DNA of 64,000 bases from Candidatus Eiseniibacteriota bacterium (GTDB lineage: Bacteria > Eisenbacteria > RBG-16-71-46 > DASYSL01): assembly GCA_050733935.1 (NCBI GenBank), contig JBOHUC010000176.1, forward strand, positions 1,869 through 65,868, read 5' to 3'. Within the stretch, counting starts at the first letter, position 1; every line of letters starts with the position of its first letter. Shown piece by piece: positions 18,836 to 28,300 of this stretch. The notes under the pieces are model-generated. The model had not been told where the DNA came from and did not search any database. It saw nothing but the letters and a program-made list of their open reading frames with translations. The translations under genes and the position numbers were made by a program.

Positions 18836-19312
18836 TCAGGCCCGCTCGACGCGGCAGGCGTAGCAACCGGGACGGGCGTTGTGGACGTGCAGGTACGCGG
18901 TCGCGGGATTCTCGAAGAAACGTTCGATCAACGACTCGAGCTCGGTGCCGGCGGTGACATCGGATTCGACCAGCATGTCGTCGGCATCGTACGCACGCAC
19001 CGAGAGAAGGCGCCGACGCTGCTGATCGGGAACGACGTCGACGGCCCCCACGAAGGGCTCCCGCGCCTTGCGTCGCACGAAGATCGGTCCGGCCGCGGCA
19101 TACGGCGACCCTGCGTCCAGATGGCGATAGGAAAGCAACAGCACCTCCTCCCCCACTTCGGCGTCCTCGAGCGTGATGCGGCACGGTGCCGAATGCGGTT
19201 CATCGACGATTTGAACGACGACGCCGCGCTCGCGGAGCGTTTCGCGATCCGCCTCGAGGAGATCACGGAAGGGTTCGATCGGAAGTCCGAGAATACGGAA
19301 CGACATGCTCAC
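18836..19312 (-). CDS. DUF1203-family protein
   Basis: FRILGLPIEPFRDLL...PCRITLEDAEVGEEVLLLSY...AYLHVHNARPGCYACRVERA matches my recollection of DUF1203 proteins. Confidence 0.7.
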   Translation of the reverse strand: MSMSFRILGLPIEPFRDLLEADRETLRERGVVVQIVDEPHSAPCRITLEDAEVGEEVLLLSYRHLDAGSPYAAAGPIFVRRKAREPFVGAVDVVPDQQRRRLLSVRAYDADDMLVESDVTAGTELESLIERFFENPATAYLHVHNARPGCYACRVERA

Positions 19313-19550
19313 CTCCCCGGGTTTCGGCGCAGTTGCGCCTACCCGGGGAGCATGCGCTACCCGCCGGCCGGATCGCGGCCGGAATCGGACGTGGCATCTG
19401 CCCCAGTCCTGCGCCGTCGCCGCGCCAGCGTGCCCTCGGCGTTCGCCTCGCTCCCCTCATTCGTAGGAGGGGGTGCGGCCTCGCAGGCGGACCCTCCATT
19501 CCGGAGCGGGCCGGTTCGTGTCGCGCGGCCCTCTTTCGAAGGGGAGGTGG

Positions 19551-20687
19551 ATGATGAAGCTGGCGGGCATTCTCAGCGGGACCGCGCTTGCGCTCTTCTT
19601 CGCGGAAGGCGCGCTCTCCGTGCCACTCGGATCGACGTTCACGTACCAGGGACAGCTCATTCAGGGCGGCACGCCTGTCACGGGCACCGTCCATCTCCAA
19701 TTCAGCCTGTGGGACGACCCGGGGAGCGGCGCGCCTCCCGTCGGCGGGAATCGGATCGGGGCGAGCCAGGTCGTGATCAACGTCCCGGTCAGCAACGGGC
19801 TCTTCGTCGTCCAGCTCAACGAAACGGCCCAGTTCGGCGCCAACGCATTCAACGGCGATGCGCGATGGCTCCAGGTCGAGATTTGCCCCGACGGAAGCTG
19901 CGCGAACCCGCCAATCGTTACTCTTTCGCCCCGGCAGCCCATCAACCCGACGCCGTACGCGACCTGGTCGCCCGGGCCCTGGCGGGTGAACGGAGCAGCG
20001 CTCTACCACCTGGGAACTCTCGGCGTCGGCACGAATATTCCGGAGAGCACGCTCGATGCCGTCGGGAACCTCTCGCTGGGCGCGAGGCAGGCGAACAACG
20101 ACGCGATCACGATCCGCGGCCCGAACAGTCCAACGGATGCGAACTCGAGACAGGACGTGCGCTTCAGCTTCGCTTCGGCCGGATCGTCGCGGCTGCGCGC
20201 GTATCGGGGTGGAAGCTGGGACACCTATCTCCAGTTCCTCACGAACTCGTACTCCGCGGGCGGGGACAATCCGCAGCCCCGCATGACGATCGACGGCGAA
20301 GGCAATGTGGGCATCGGAACGACGAGTCCGGTCGTGAAGCTCGACGTCATGGGCAGCATCTACATCGGAGCCGGACCCCGCTATGCGGTGCCCGGGGCCG
20401 AAGAAGACCTGAAGATCGTTCGGGGCATCGTCAATGCGAATGGCACTCCGTCGAGCGGATGTTGCTACTGGGTGAGCCATCCGAGTACAGGCATCTACGA
20501 CGTCAATTTCTTCACTCCATTCACGGCCACGCCGGTGGTCACGGCCAACGCGTATGCGGGCCTCACGCCGATGCACATCGAGCTCATCACTCCGAGCGCC
20601 GGCTCGGTGAGGTTTCAGGTACGCGAGGTCGACGGCGACGTCATCAACTTCGGTTTCCATTTCATGGCGATCGGCCCGCGGAACTGA
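19551..20687 (+). CDS. secreted tail-fibre-like / endosialidase-chaperone-like repeat protein
   Basis: GGGGAGGTGG RBS and a signal peptide. It has TFTYQGQLIQGGTPVTGTVHLQFSLWD and GEGNVGIGTTSPVVKLDV. From memory, both motifs are common in bacterial tail-fibre-domain surface proteins. Confidence 0.6.
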   Translation: MMKLAGILSGTALALFFAEGALSVPLGSTFTYQGQLIQGGTPVTGTVHLQFSLWDDPGSGAPPVGGNRIGASQVVINVPVSNGLFVVQLNETAQFGANAFNGDARWLQVEICPDGSCANPPIVTLSPRQPINPTPYATWSPGPWRVNGAALYHLGTLGVGTNIPESTLDAVGNLSLGARQANNDAITIRGPNSPTDANSRQDVRFSFASAGSSRLRAYRGGSWDTYLQFLTNSYSAGGDNPQPRMTIDGEGNVGIGTTSPVVKLDVMGSIYIGAGPRYAVPGAEEDLKIVRGIVNANGTPSSGCCYWVSHPSTGIYDVNFFTPFTATPVVTANAYAGLTPMHIELITPSAGSVRFQVREVDGDVINFGFHFMAIGPRN

Positions 20688-20743
20688 TGCCCTGCGCCAT
20701 CCGCGCGTCTCTCCGTCGCGATGCGCGAAAAGGAGGAGAGATC

Positions 20744-21319
20744 ATGAAGCTCCATCTGGACATCCGGACCGCGGCCTTCGCCATCGCCCTGCCTTCGATC
20801 GCGCTCCTCGGCCCAACTCCGGCGCTCGCGGAATACAGCCTCGGCTGGTTCGCGGTGAGCGGCAGCGCGGCGGCGAATCTCACGGGCTCGAACTTCACGT
20901 TGCGTGGAACCGTCGGCCAGCCCGTCGCGGGAACATCCTCTGGGGGCGGCTACTCGATGACCGGTGGCTTCTGGGTCGCAGGGGGGGGCGGGTACACGGT
21001 CGACGTTGGCGATCCGGAGGGCCAGGATGCGCCACTCACGTTCCGGCTCCATCCGGCCGCCCCCAATCCCCTCCACGATCGGACGATCGTCACGTTCGAC
21101 CTCCCGCGCGAAACGGAAGTGAGCCTTCGACTGTACGACGTCCGCGGACGGCTCCTGCGAACGCTCGCGAGCGGCGCGGTGACGCCGGGTCGGCATCAGC
21201 GTGCCTGGGACGGAGTGGACGAAGCCGGCAACCGGGTTCCGCCGGGCGTGTACTTCGTCCGCCTCGAGGCCGGCGCCACAATGAGGATGCAACGGAAGAT
21301 CGTCGTCGTCGGCCCCTGA
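20744..21319 (+). CDS. small secreted protein with FlgD-Ig/T9SS-type C-terminal domain
   Basis: AGGAGGAG RBS before the ATG at 20744 and a signal peptide (AFAIALPSIALLGPTPALA). C-terminal PNPLHDRTIVTFDLP...LRLYDVRGRLLRTL...GVYFVRLEAG. Confidence 0.75.
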   Translation: MKLHLDIRTAAFAIALPSIALLGPTPALAEYSLGWFAVSGSAAANLTGSNFTLRGTVGQPVAGTSSGGGYSMTGGFWVAGGGGYTVDVGDPEGQDAPLTFRLHPAAPNPLHDRTIVTFDLPRETEVSLRLYDVRGRLLRTLASGAVTPGRHQRAWDGVDEAGNRVPPGVYFVRLEAGATMRMQRKIVVVGP

Positions 21320-21328
21320 CACCCCCGC

Positions 21329-21364
21329 GGTCGGGGCGGTCGGGGCGGTCGGGGCGGTCGGGGC
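21329..21364 (+). repeat. tandem 9-bp repeat (GGTCGGGGC)x4, a G-quadruplex-capable motif
   Basis: Four perfect copies lie in the 56-bp spacer between convergent genes. They give four GGGG tracts separated by CGGTC. Confidence 0.9.
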
Positions 21365-21375
21365 CGTCAGAGCTT

Positions 21376-22836
21376 TCAGGACTTTCGACGCAGGATGAGG
21401 AGCCGGCCCGCTCCGCTTGGCAACGCGCCGCCGGGCCCGCCCGCGCGGCGGCGCACGACTTCGTAGTCCGCCATTGTGCTGTCCTGCTGCGCCTGCGAGC
21501 TGAACGGCGCGCCGATGCCGGCCCACGCCACTTCGCCATCGAGCCAGAACTGCCGGTACACAATGTAGTCGGGACGCGTGCGCTCGATGACGCGCGCGTA
21601 CCATCCGTCGCCCTTCGTGCGCTCCCCGGCGACCCACGGCGTGACGAGCCCGACTTCGTCGATCACGCGCATGCCGCTGAACCAGCCGATGATCCCGATC
21701 GGCTCGAGCATCACCGACACCGCGGTCGGGCCTCCCGGCACCCGGTCCTTCGCGTCCTCATGCAGCGTGTGACCGATCCCCGCGAACACTTCGGCGTCGT
21801 GGATCTGAAAGCGTGCGGCGCGCGGCGCGACGGTCCCCCACGAAAGGGCGAGAAAAAGAACGAGCGGCCCGGCGGCCCATCGCAACACTCCCGACGTGGC
21901 GAGCCCCAGGAACACGGCGAGCAGGATCGCCACCATCGGGGCCGGCGCATACCAGTAGTACCAGGGCACTCCGAGCATCATGTAGGCGAAGATGGTGAGC
22001 AGTCCGCAGGCGAACAGAAGCGGCAGCGGGGCGTCGTCCTTGACCTCCTCCGGCTTACGCCAACGCGCGATGACGGCGACGAGACCGATCAAAAACAGGA
22101 TCGCAACCGGCGCGAGGGCGAGACCGTCCTGCGTCTGCGGAGTCCATCCCGGAAGGAGCCATTCGAGCCAGCCCGGACCCCTCGTCTGCACACCATAGAC
22201 CGTGGCCTTGCTCGAAACGCTCGACGGCAACCATTGACCGAACCAGAGCGCGAACCCACCTTGCAGCGCCGCGACCCCGATCCAGATCAAGCGCTGCCGC
22301 ATCGAGAGACGCGTCGCGAGCAGAACGCTCATGGCCGCCCCTTCCGGGCGGCTCAACGCGAGGAGTCCGTTCAGGACTCCCCCCGCCCGACTCTGCGCGA
22401 ACGTGGCGGAGGCGAGGAGAAGCGCGAGCACGAGGCTGCTCTCGAGGCCGCTTGCGGGCATCTGGGCGAGCCGGGGCCAGAGAGCGAAGAACGCCCCCAA
22501 GCCGGCTGCAGCGAGCAGCGAACGGCGCGCGAGGAGGCGGAAGCCGAGCGCGAGCGCCGCGAGGTCCGCGACCACGAGCGTCCAGCGCGCGGCCGCTTCA
22601 ATGGGAAGACGCCCAACGGACGTGAGCGCGAGGTAACTCGTCCACAGAGCCGACGTGAAGCCCCACGCCTTCTCGCCCGCGTTGTAGACCGGGCCGAGGC
22701 CGTGGGCCCAGTTCTGAGCGTAGCGGAACGTGATGTACGCGTCCTCCGCACACCAGGGGAGGACGACGATGAACCAGATGCGTGTGGCGAGACAGAGGAC
22801 GAGGAGAAGTGGAAGCAGCCACTTCGGGCCGGGCAT
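21376..22836 (-). CDS. polytopic membrane protein, possibly a GT-C-fold glycosyltransferase
   Basis: At least 10 hydrophobic segments. The N-terminal AEDAYITFRYAQNWAHGLGPVYNAGEKAWGFTSALW resembles lipid-linked-sugar glycosyltransferases. The functional call is tentative. Confidence 0.5.
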   Translation of the reverse strand: MPGPKWLLPLLLVLCLATRIWFIVVLPWCAEDAYITFRYAQNWAHGLGPVYNAGEKAWGFTSALWTSYLALTSVGRLPIEAAARWTLVVADLAALALGFRLLARRSLLAAAGLGAFFALWPRLAQMPASGLESSLVLALLLASATFAQSRAGGVLNGLLALSRPEGAAMSVLLATRLSMRQRLIWIGVAALQGGFALWFGQWLPSSVSSKATVYGVQTRGPGWLEWLLPGWTPQTQDGLALAPVAILFLIGLVAVIARWRKPEEVKDDAPLPLLFACGLLTIFAYMMLGVPWYYWYAPAPMVAILLAVFLGLATSGVLRWAAGPLVLFLALSWGTVAPRAARFQIHDAEVFAGIGHTLHEDAKDRVPGGPTAVSVMLEPIGIIGWFSGMRVIDEVGLVTPWVAGERTKGDGWYARVIERTRPDYIVYRQFWLDGEVAWAGIGAPFSSQAQQDSTMADYEVVRRRAGGPGGALPSGAGRLLILRRKS

Positions 22837-23002
22837 GGCGACAGAATGTGTCGTCTTTGCGCAGCGCTGTCAATGCGCGCGAACCAGGGAAGGTCTTGCT
22901 CCGCTCGCCCGTTCCGGTTGAGCCGGGCGGTCACCGCGGGTAGGATCGCCCGATGCGAATCGCCCAAGATCCACGACACGCGACCCTGGAGCGGAGATCC
23001 GC

Positions 23003-23833
23003 GTGAAATCGAACCGCTGGCGTCGCCTGGCCGACCATCCGCGTTTCCAGACCGCGATCGTCGTCGTGATCCTCGCGAATGCCGTCGTGCTCGGACTCGA
23101 GACCTCCCAGTCCCTGACCGAAGCCTACGGAGCGTTCTTCCACGGGGCCAATCTCGCGTTCCAGGCGATTTACGTGGCCGAGATCGCGATCCGGATCGCC
23201 GCCCACTGGCCGCGGCCCGCGACGTTCTTTCGTGACGGCTGGAACGTCTTCGATTTCACAGTGGTCGCGATCTCGCTTCTTCCCGTGTCCGGTCCGTTCG
23301 CAAACGTGGCCCGGCTCGCGCGCGTCCTCCGTATCGGGCGACTCGTCTCGCTCTTCCCGGATCTCCGCCTCATCATCGGGACCATGCTGCGCTCGATTCC
23401 CTCGATGATCCACGTGATCGCGCTCCTGTGCGTGTTCCTCTACATCTACGGAATCCTCGGCGTGCACCTGTTCGGGGCGCGCGACCCGGATCACTGGGGA
23501 TCGCTTCCGAGCGCGGTCTGGACGCTCTTCAAGGTGCTCACCCTCGAAGGATGGATCGAGATCCAGCAGGCGAGCGGCGAGCCCTTTCCGTGGACGTGGC
23601 TCTACTTCGCGAGCTTCATCTTCGTCGCCGTCTTCGTGGTCGTGAACCTGTTCATCGCGGTCGTGATCAACAACCTCGACAAGGTGAAGGCGGAGCAGGA
23701 AGTCGGCGCGACGGCGGCCGCGGCGCTCACCGAGCCTCAGGAGGCGCTGCTCGCGCGGATCGGGGGCTTGAAGCGGGAGCTCGAATCGCTCGAGCAGACG
23801 TTGCGCCGGACGGGACCGAAAGCGTCTCGGTGA
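23003..23833 (+). CDS. voltage-gated cation channel of the BacNaV (NaChBac) family with TLEGW selectivity filter
   Basis: Six-TM layout. S4 has Arg at every third residue (RLARVLRIGRL). The pore is FKVLTLEGWIEI (filter codons 23540-23554). The C-terminal coiled coil is LLARIGGLKRELESLEQTL. GTG start. Confidence 0.85.
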   Translation: MKSNRWRRLADHPRFQTAIVVVILANAVVLGLETSQSLTEAYGAFFHGANLAFQAIYVAEIAIRIAAHWPRPATFFRDGWNVFDFTVVAISLLPVSGPFANVARLARVLRIGRLVSLFPDLRLIIGTMLRSIPSMIHVIALLCVFLYIYGILGVHLFGARDPDHWGSLPSAVWTLFKVLTLEGWIEIQQASGEPFPWTWLYFASFIFVAVFVVVNLFIAVVINNLDKVKAEQEVGATAAAALTEPQEALLARIGGLKRELESLEQTLRRTGPKASR

Positions 23834-23851
23834 GCCCGCGTCGCGCCTGTG

Positions 23852-25246
23852 TCAGGCGCGCTTCCGTCGAAAGAAGAGCGCCCAGGTGATGGCCGCCGCC
23901 CCGATCCATCCAAGCCCGGTCAGGGCAACCAGGCGCGCGTTCTTGTCGAGCACGGATCCCGTGATCGCAAGGAGCTCGAGAGTGGCGAACGCGATCGCCG
24001 CCCCCACGAGCCACGACGGACCCCGATCGTCCGGCGCCACGCGCCGCCTCAGGAGCGGAAGCGCGAGTCCTGTGAGAGCGAAGAACACGCCGTCGACCAC
24101 GACCACTCCGGTCGTCAGGACATCGGTGCGATCGAGCCCGAGGCCGAGTGTCAATCCGACGGCGAGGAGGCCGAGCAGGAGGATCGCGGGAACCGGCGTC
24201 GCGAAGCGCGGGTGAAGCCGGGCGAAGGGGGCGAAGAACATCCCGTCCCGCGCCATGGCCCACGTCAGCCGGGGGCCCGTGAGAAACTGCGCGTTCAAAA
24301 CACCGAACGCCGAGATCGCGACGGCAGCGGCCGCGATCCTGCGCCCGGGCCCGAGCGAGGGAACGGAGAAAGCGTCCGCCGCGAGCGCCTTCGCGTTCCG
24401 AACCCCCTCGAAGCCAAGCAGATCGAGATACGCCCAGTTCGCCGCCAGGTATCCCGCCACGACGACTCCCACCCCGAGGATGATCGCCCGCGGAACCACC
24501 CGCCGCGCGTCGACCACCTCCCCTGCCATCCACAGGGCCTGCTGCCATCCGCCGTACGCGAAGAGCGTGAGCGTCACTCCCGAAAAGAGCGCCGCGAACG
24601 TGAGCGGAGTGGTCTCGCGCGGAAGCGGCGATGCGGATGAAGCCGTCGGGGCCGTCGCACCGGGCTCGAAGACAAGGGCGAGGAGAACGAGAGCCGTAAG
24701 GGTGAGGAGCTTCACGACGACGGTCGCATCCTGGACCCGTGCCCCGTCGCGCACGCCGAGGATGTTCACGACGACGAGCAGGACCGTGAAGACGGTCGCG
24801 AGCGCGAGCACCCAGGCGGACGAAGGATCGGTGCCGTAGAGCGCCACACCGACGTTCTGCGCGCAAACGATGGCAATGATGGCGACCGCTCCCGCCTGGA
24901 TCGCCGTGAGGTTGCAGAAGACGAACAGGAACGCCGCGGGCCGTCCGTAGACATCGCGCAGCACGTGGTACTGGCCGCCCGCGAAGGGACGGAGCCGCCC
25001 GAGCTCGGCGAAGGTGAACGCGCCGAGCAAGGCGATGACGCCGCCGATCGTCCACGCGAGAAGGGCGGCGCCGGGGCCGCCCGTGGCGAGCGCTACGTCA
25101 CGGGGCGTGAAGAAGATTCCCACGCCGATGATGGCGCCCACGACGACGCAAATCGCGTCCCACAGGCTGAGGACGCGCGGGAGCTCGGAGGGCGGCCGCT
25201 CCGGTTGGAGCGACCGCCCGGGCTGCTGTTGCCGTTCGGGTGGCAT
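23852..25246 (-). CDS. APC-family amino acid permease
   Basis: LSLWDAICVVVGAIIGVGIFFTPRDVA, 12 predicted TM segments and a typical length of about 460 aa. Confidence 0.85.
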   Translation of the reverse strand: MPPERQQQPGRSLQPERPPSELPRVLSLWDAICVVVGAIIGVGIFFTPRDVALATGGPGAALLAWTIGGVIALLGAFTFAELGRLRPFAGGQYHVLRDVYGRPAAFLFVFCNLTAIQAGAVAIIAIVCAQNVGVALYGTDPSSAWVLALATVFTVLLVVVNILGVRDGARVQDATVVVKLLTLTALVLLALVFEPGATAPTASSASPLPRETTPLTFAALFSGVTLTLFAYGGWQQALWMAGEVVDARRVVPRAIILGVGVVVAGYLAANWAYLDLLGFEGVRNAKALAADAFSVPSLGPGRRIAAAAVAISAFGVLNAQFLTGPRLTWAMARDGMFFAPFARLHPRFATPVPAILLLGLLAVGLTLGLGLDRTDVLTTGVVVVDGVFFALTGLALPLLRRRVAPDDRGPSWLVGAAIAFATLELLAITGSVLDKNARLVALTGLGWIGAAAITWALFFRRKRA

Positions 25247-25338
25247 GGGCCCGGAAGATATCGAAGGCTCTTCCGGACGTCCACCGAGACGCGATCTACC
25301 TCACGTGACCTGGCTCCGCCTCCGCTGCTTGCCCGGAC

Positions 25339-28300
25339 CTACCGGCTCAGCGTGAGCTTTCTCACGGCCGTCAGGTGGCGCTCGCTGACGAGCGATCGCA
25401 CCTCGACGTGGGCGAAGTAGACTCCCGACTCGAGTCGCGCTCCACCATCGCTCCGCGCGGACCAGGCGGCCGCGTGGCTACCGGGCTCGCGGACTTCGTC
25501 CGTCACGGTCGCAACACGGCGCCCGCGGACGTCATAGACGACGATCGTCACCCGGCTCGGCTCCGGCAGGTCGAAACCGAACTGCGTCGTGCCGACGAAC
25601 GGATTCGGACGGGCGGGCTGGATCGCAAACTCAGGACCGGCTGATGCGAGAGCGGCCGAAGACGCCGAGGTCAGCCTCAGTCCGCCGCGATCCGAGTGGA
25701 TCTCGATCGACCCTCCGCCCAGCACCGTGGACGCGTCCGAGTCGTCCGGTTGTCCGTTCTGGTTGTCGTAGACGACGCCCCCGGACACCCGGTCCCAGAT
25801 CTTCATGCGCAGCTTGTCCGGCTTCCCGCCGCCCTGGATACTTCCGTCGATCGCGGTGAGAAGGAAGTCGTAGCTTCCTCCCCCGTTGATCGTCCCCGCG
25901 CCGCGGTATTGAGCCTTCGCCCCGGCGACCACGAGCCACTCGTAGGCGCTGCTGTGGAAGTTGAGGCCGGCGGTCTTGAACTGGAACTCCGTTTCCCCCG
26001 TCGGCACTCTCGATCCGCGGTGGTACTTGGACACGAAGCCGAAGTTCGCCTTCCCTTCGAGGGCAGGATTCGGCCGGTAGGCTCCTGGCGGCGAGTAGAT
26101 CCACCCTCCACCGGTGACGAATCCGGCGTTCGGGTCGTACACGATGACGGTCCAATCGAAGCCTTCCGGCGTTTGCGAGGCCGTCACGGAGTTCCCGCAC
26201 GCGTCGTCGACGATGAGCTTGACCTGGTACACACCGGGCGTGGTCAGCACGTAGGTCGTCATGATCGCCCCGCCGAGGCCGATCGGGCCGGCCGGGACGA
26301 CGATCGAGTCGAACTGCCAGCGCGCGCTCTGGAGACCGCAATTGTCACCGGCGTTCCCCGTGAACGTCAGGGGCGTCCCTGCGGCAACGACCGTTCCGCT
26401 CGGCGGGGCCGTGATCGCAGCGGTCGGAGGCGTGACATCGACCACCGTGATCGTCTGGCTCACCGTTCCGGACTGATTCCCCGAGCAGTCTCTCGCTCTC
26501 CAGGTCTTCGTGCGGACGTAGGACCCGGCGCAGCTTCCCGGCGAGGTCACGTCACTGACTTCGATGACCTGAGGATTCGAATCGCAGCCATCGCTCGCCG
26601 TCGGCGGCGCAAACACGGGAGCGGAAGGACACGAGATCGTCGCGTCCGCGCCGGCGGAGCCGATCGTTGGCGGGGTTGAATCGATCACGGTGACGGTCTG
26701 GCTCACGGACTCGGAGCTGTTTCCGTGCGCGTCGACAGCTTTCCAGGTCTTCGTACGGACGTAGCTTCCCGGGCAGCTACCGGGAGTGGTGACGTCGCTG
26801 ACTTCGACGACTTCGGGGTTCGCGTCACACGCGTCGGACGCGCTCGGAACCGGGAACGCCGGCATGTTCGGACATTCGATCGTCGCGGATGCCGCAGGAG
26901 CGCCGATCGTCGGCGGCGTCGTATCGACAACGTGCACGGTCCGGGTCGTCGAGCCGGAGTTGCCGCTCGGGTCCGTGGCCGCATAGGTCAGCACATAGTC
27001 ACCGACCGTGTTGACGTCGACCGTGCCCGAGACCGACACCGACAGCGCACCGGCACAGGCGTCCGCCGCGGTCGCACCGGGATCGGTAAAGGCTGCGCCG
27101 TGGCATTCGAGCGTCACGTCGCCGGGGCCCGAGAGCGTCACGACCGGGTTCGTCGTGTCGACCACATGGATGGTCCGGGTCGTCGAGCCGGAGTTGGCGC
27201 TCGGATCCGTAGCCGAGTAGGTCAGCACATAGTCACCGACCGTGTTCACGTCGACCGCGCCCGAGACCGAGACGGAAAGCGCACCGGCACAGGCGTCCGC
27301 CGCCGTTGCGCCCGGATCCGCAAACGCGGGACCGTGGCACTCGAGCGTCACGTCGGCCGGCCCGGAGAGCGTCACGACCGGGTTCGTCGTGTCGACGACG
27401 TGCACGGTCCGGGTCGCCGAGCCGGAGTTACCGCTCGGATCCGTAGCCGTGTAGGTGAGCACATAGTCGCCGACCGTATTCACGTCCACCGAGCCCGAAA
27501 CCGAAACCGAAAGCGCACCGGCACAGGCATCGGCGGCCGAGGCGCCTGGATCCGCAAACGCCGGGCCATGGCACTCGAGAGTCACATCGGCCGGACCGGA
27601 AAGCGTCACGACCGGGTTCGTCGTATCGACGACGTGCACGGTCCGGGTCGTCGAGCCGGAGTTCCCGCTCGGATCCGTCGCCGTGTAGATGAGCACATGG
27701 TCACCGACCGTATTCACGTCGACCGAGCCCGATACCGACACCGAAAGCGCACCGGCGCACGCGTCGCTCGCGGAAGCTCCTGGATCCGCGAACGCCGGGC
27801 CGTGGCACTCGAGCGTCACGTCGGCGGGGCCCGAGAGCGTCACGACCGGGTTCGTCGTGTCCACCACGTTTACGGTCCGACTCGCCGTCCCCACGTTTCC
27901 GCTCGCGTCGGTGGCCGTATACGTCAGCGTGTAACTTCCGACGACGTTCACGTCGACGCCGCCCGAGGCGGGCACGGCTCCACCGCCCGGACAATTGTCC
28001 GAAGACGTCGCGCCCGGATCGGTGAAGCTCGTGTGGCACTCGACGGTGATCGGGTTCGGGCCAACCAGCGTAACCACGGGGGCCTGGTTGTCGAGGACAG
28101 TCACCGTGAAGGAGCAGCTCGCGGATCCGCAGGCATTGGTCGCCGTAACGGTGACGGTCGTGACCCCCACGGGGAACACCGTTCCCGGATTCTTCGAGTA
28201 CGTGATCGCAGGAGCGGGATTCCCGGTGGCGGTCGCGGCGAAGTTCACGACGGCGGAGCAGAGCCCCGGATCGGCGTTGACCGTGATGTTGGGCGGACAG

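Noticed and set aside
19551-21319. Prophage remnant suggested by the tail-fibre-like protein.
   Set aside because: There are no capsid, portal, terminase, integrase or baseplate genes, and no att-like repeats nearby. The protein has a Sec signal peptide, so it is more likely a cellular surface protein.
21090-21637. ORFs translating the 9-bp tandem repeat as PDRPDRPDRPDRP or TAPTAPTAPTAP peptide repeats.
   Set aside because: Both ORFs are antisense to or overlap well-supported genes and lack start context. The repeat sits in the spacer between two convergent stop codons.
25250-25277. Hairpin CCGGAAGA-N10-TCTTCCGG immediately upstream of the permease ATG, as a possible translational riboregulator or the adhesin terminator.
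   Set aside because: It is a single short stem with no U-tract and no conserved riboswitch features. I cannot tell a functional element from a chance GC-rich palindrome without comparative or transcript data.
26911-27846. Regularly spaced near-identical repeats that might be mistaken for a CRISPR array (also 36970-37737).
   Set aside because: The units are directly adjacent with no unique spacers. They are 234 bp and 192 bp long and are in frame within long CDSs encoding Ig-like and HEAT repeats. No cas genes are present.
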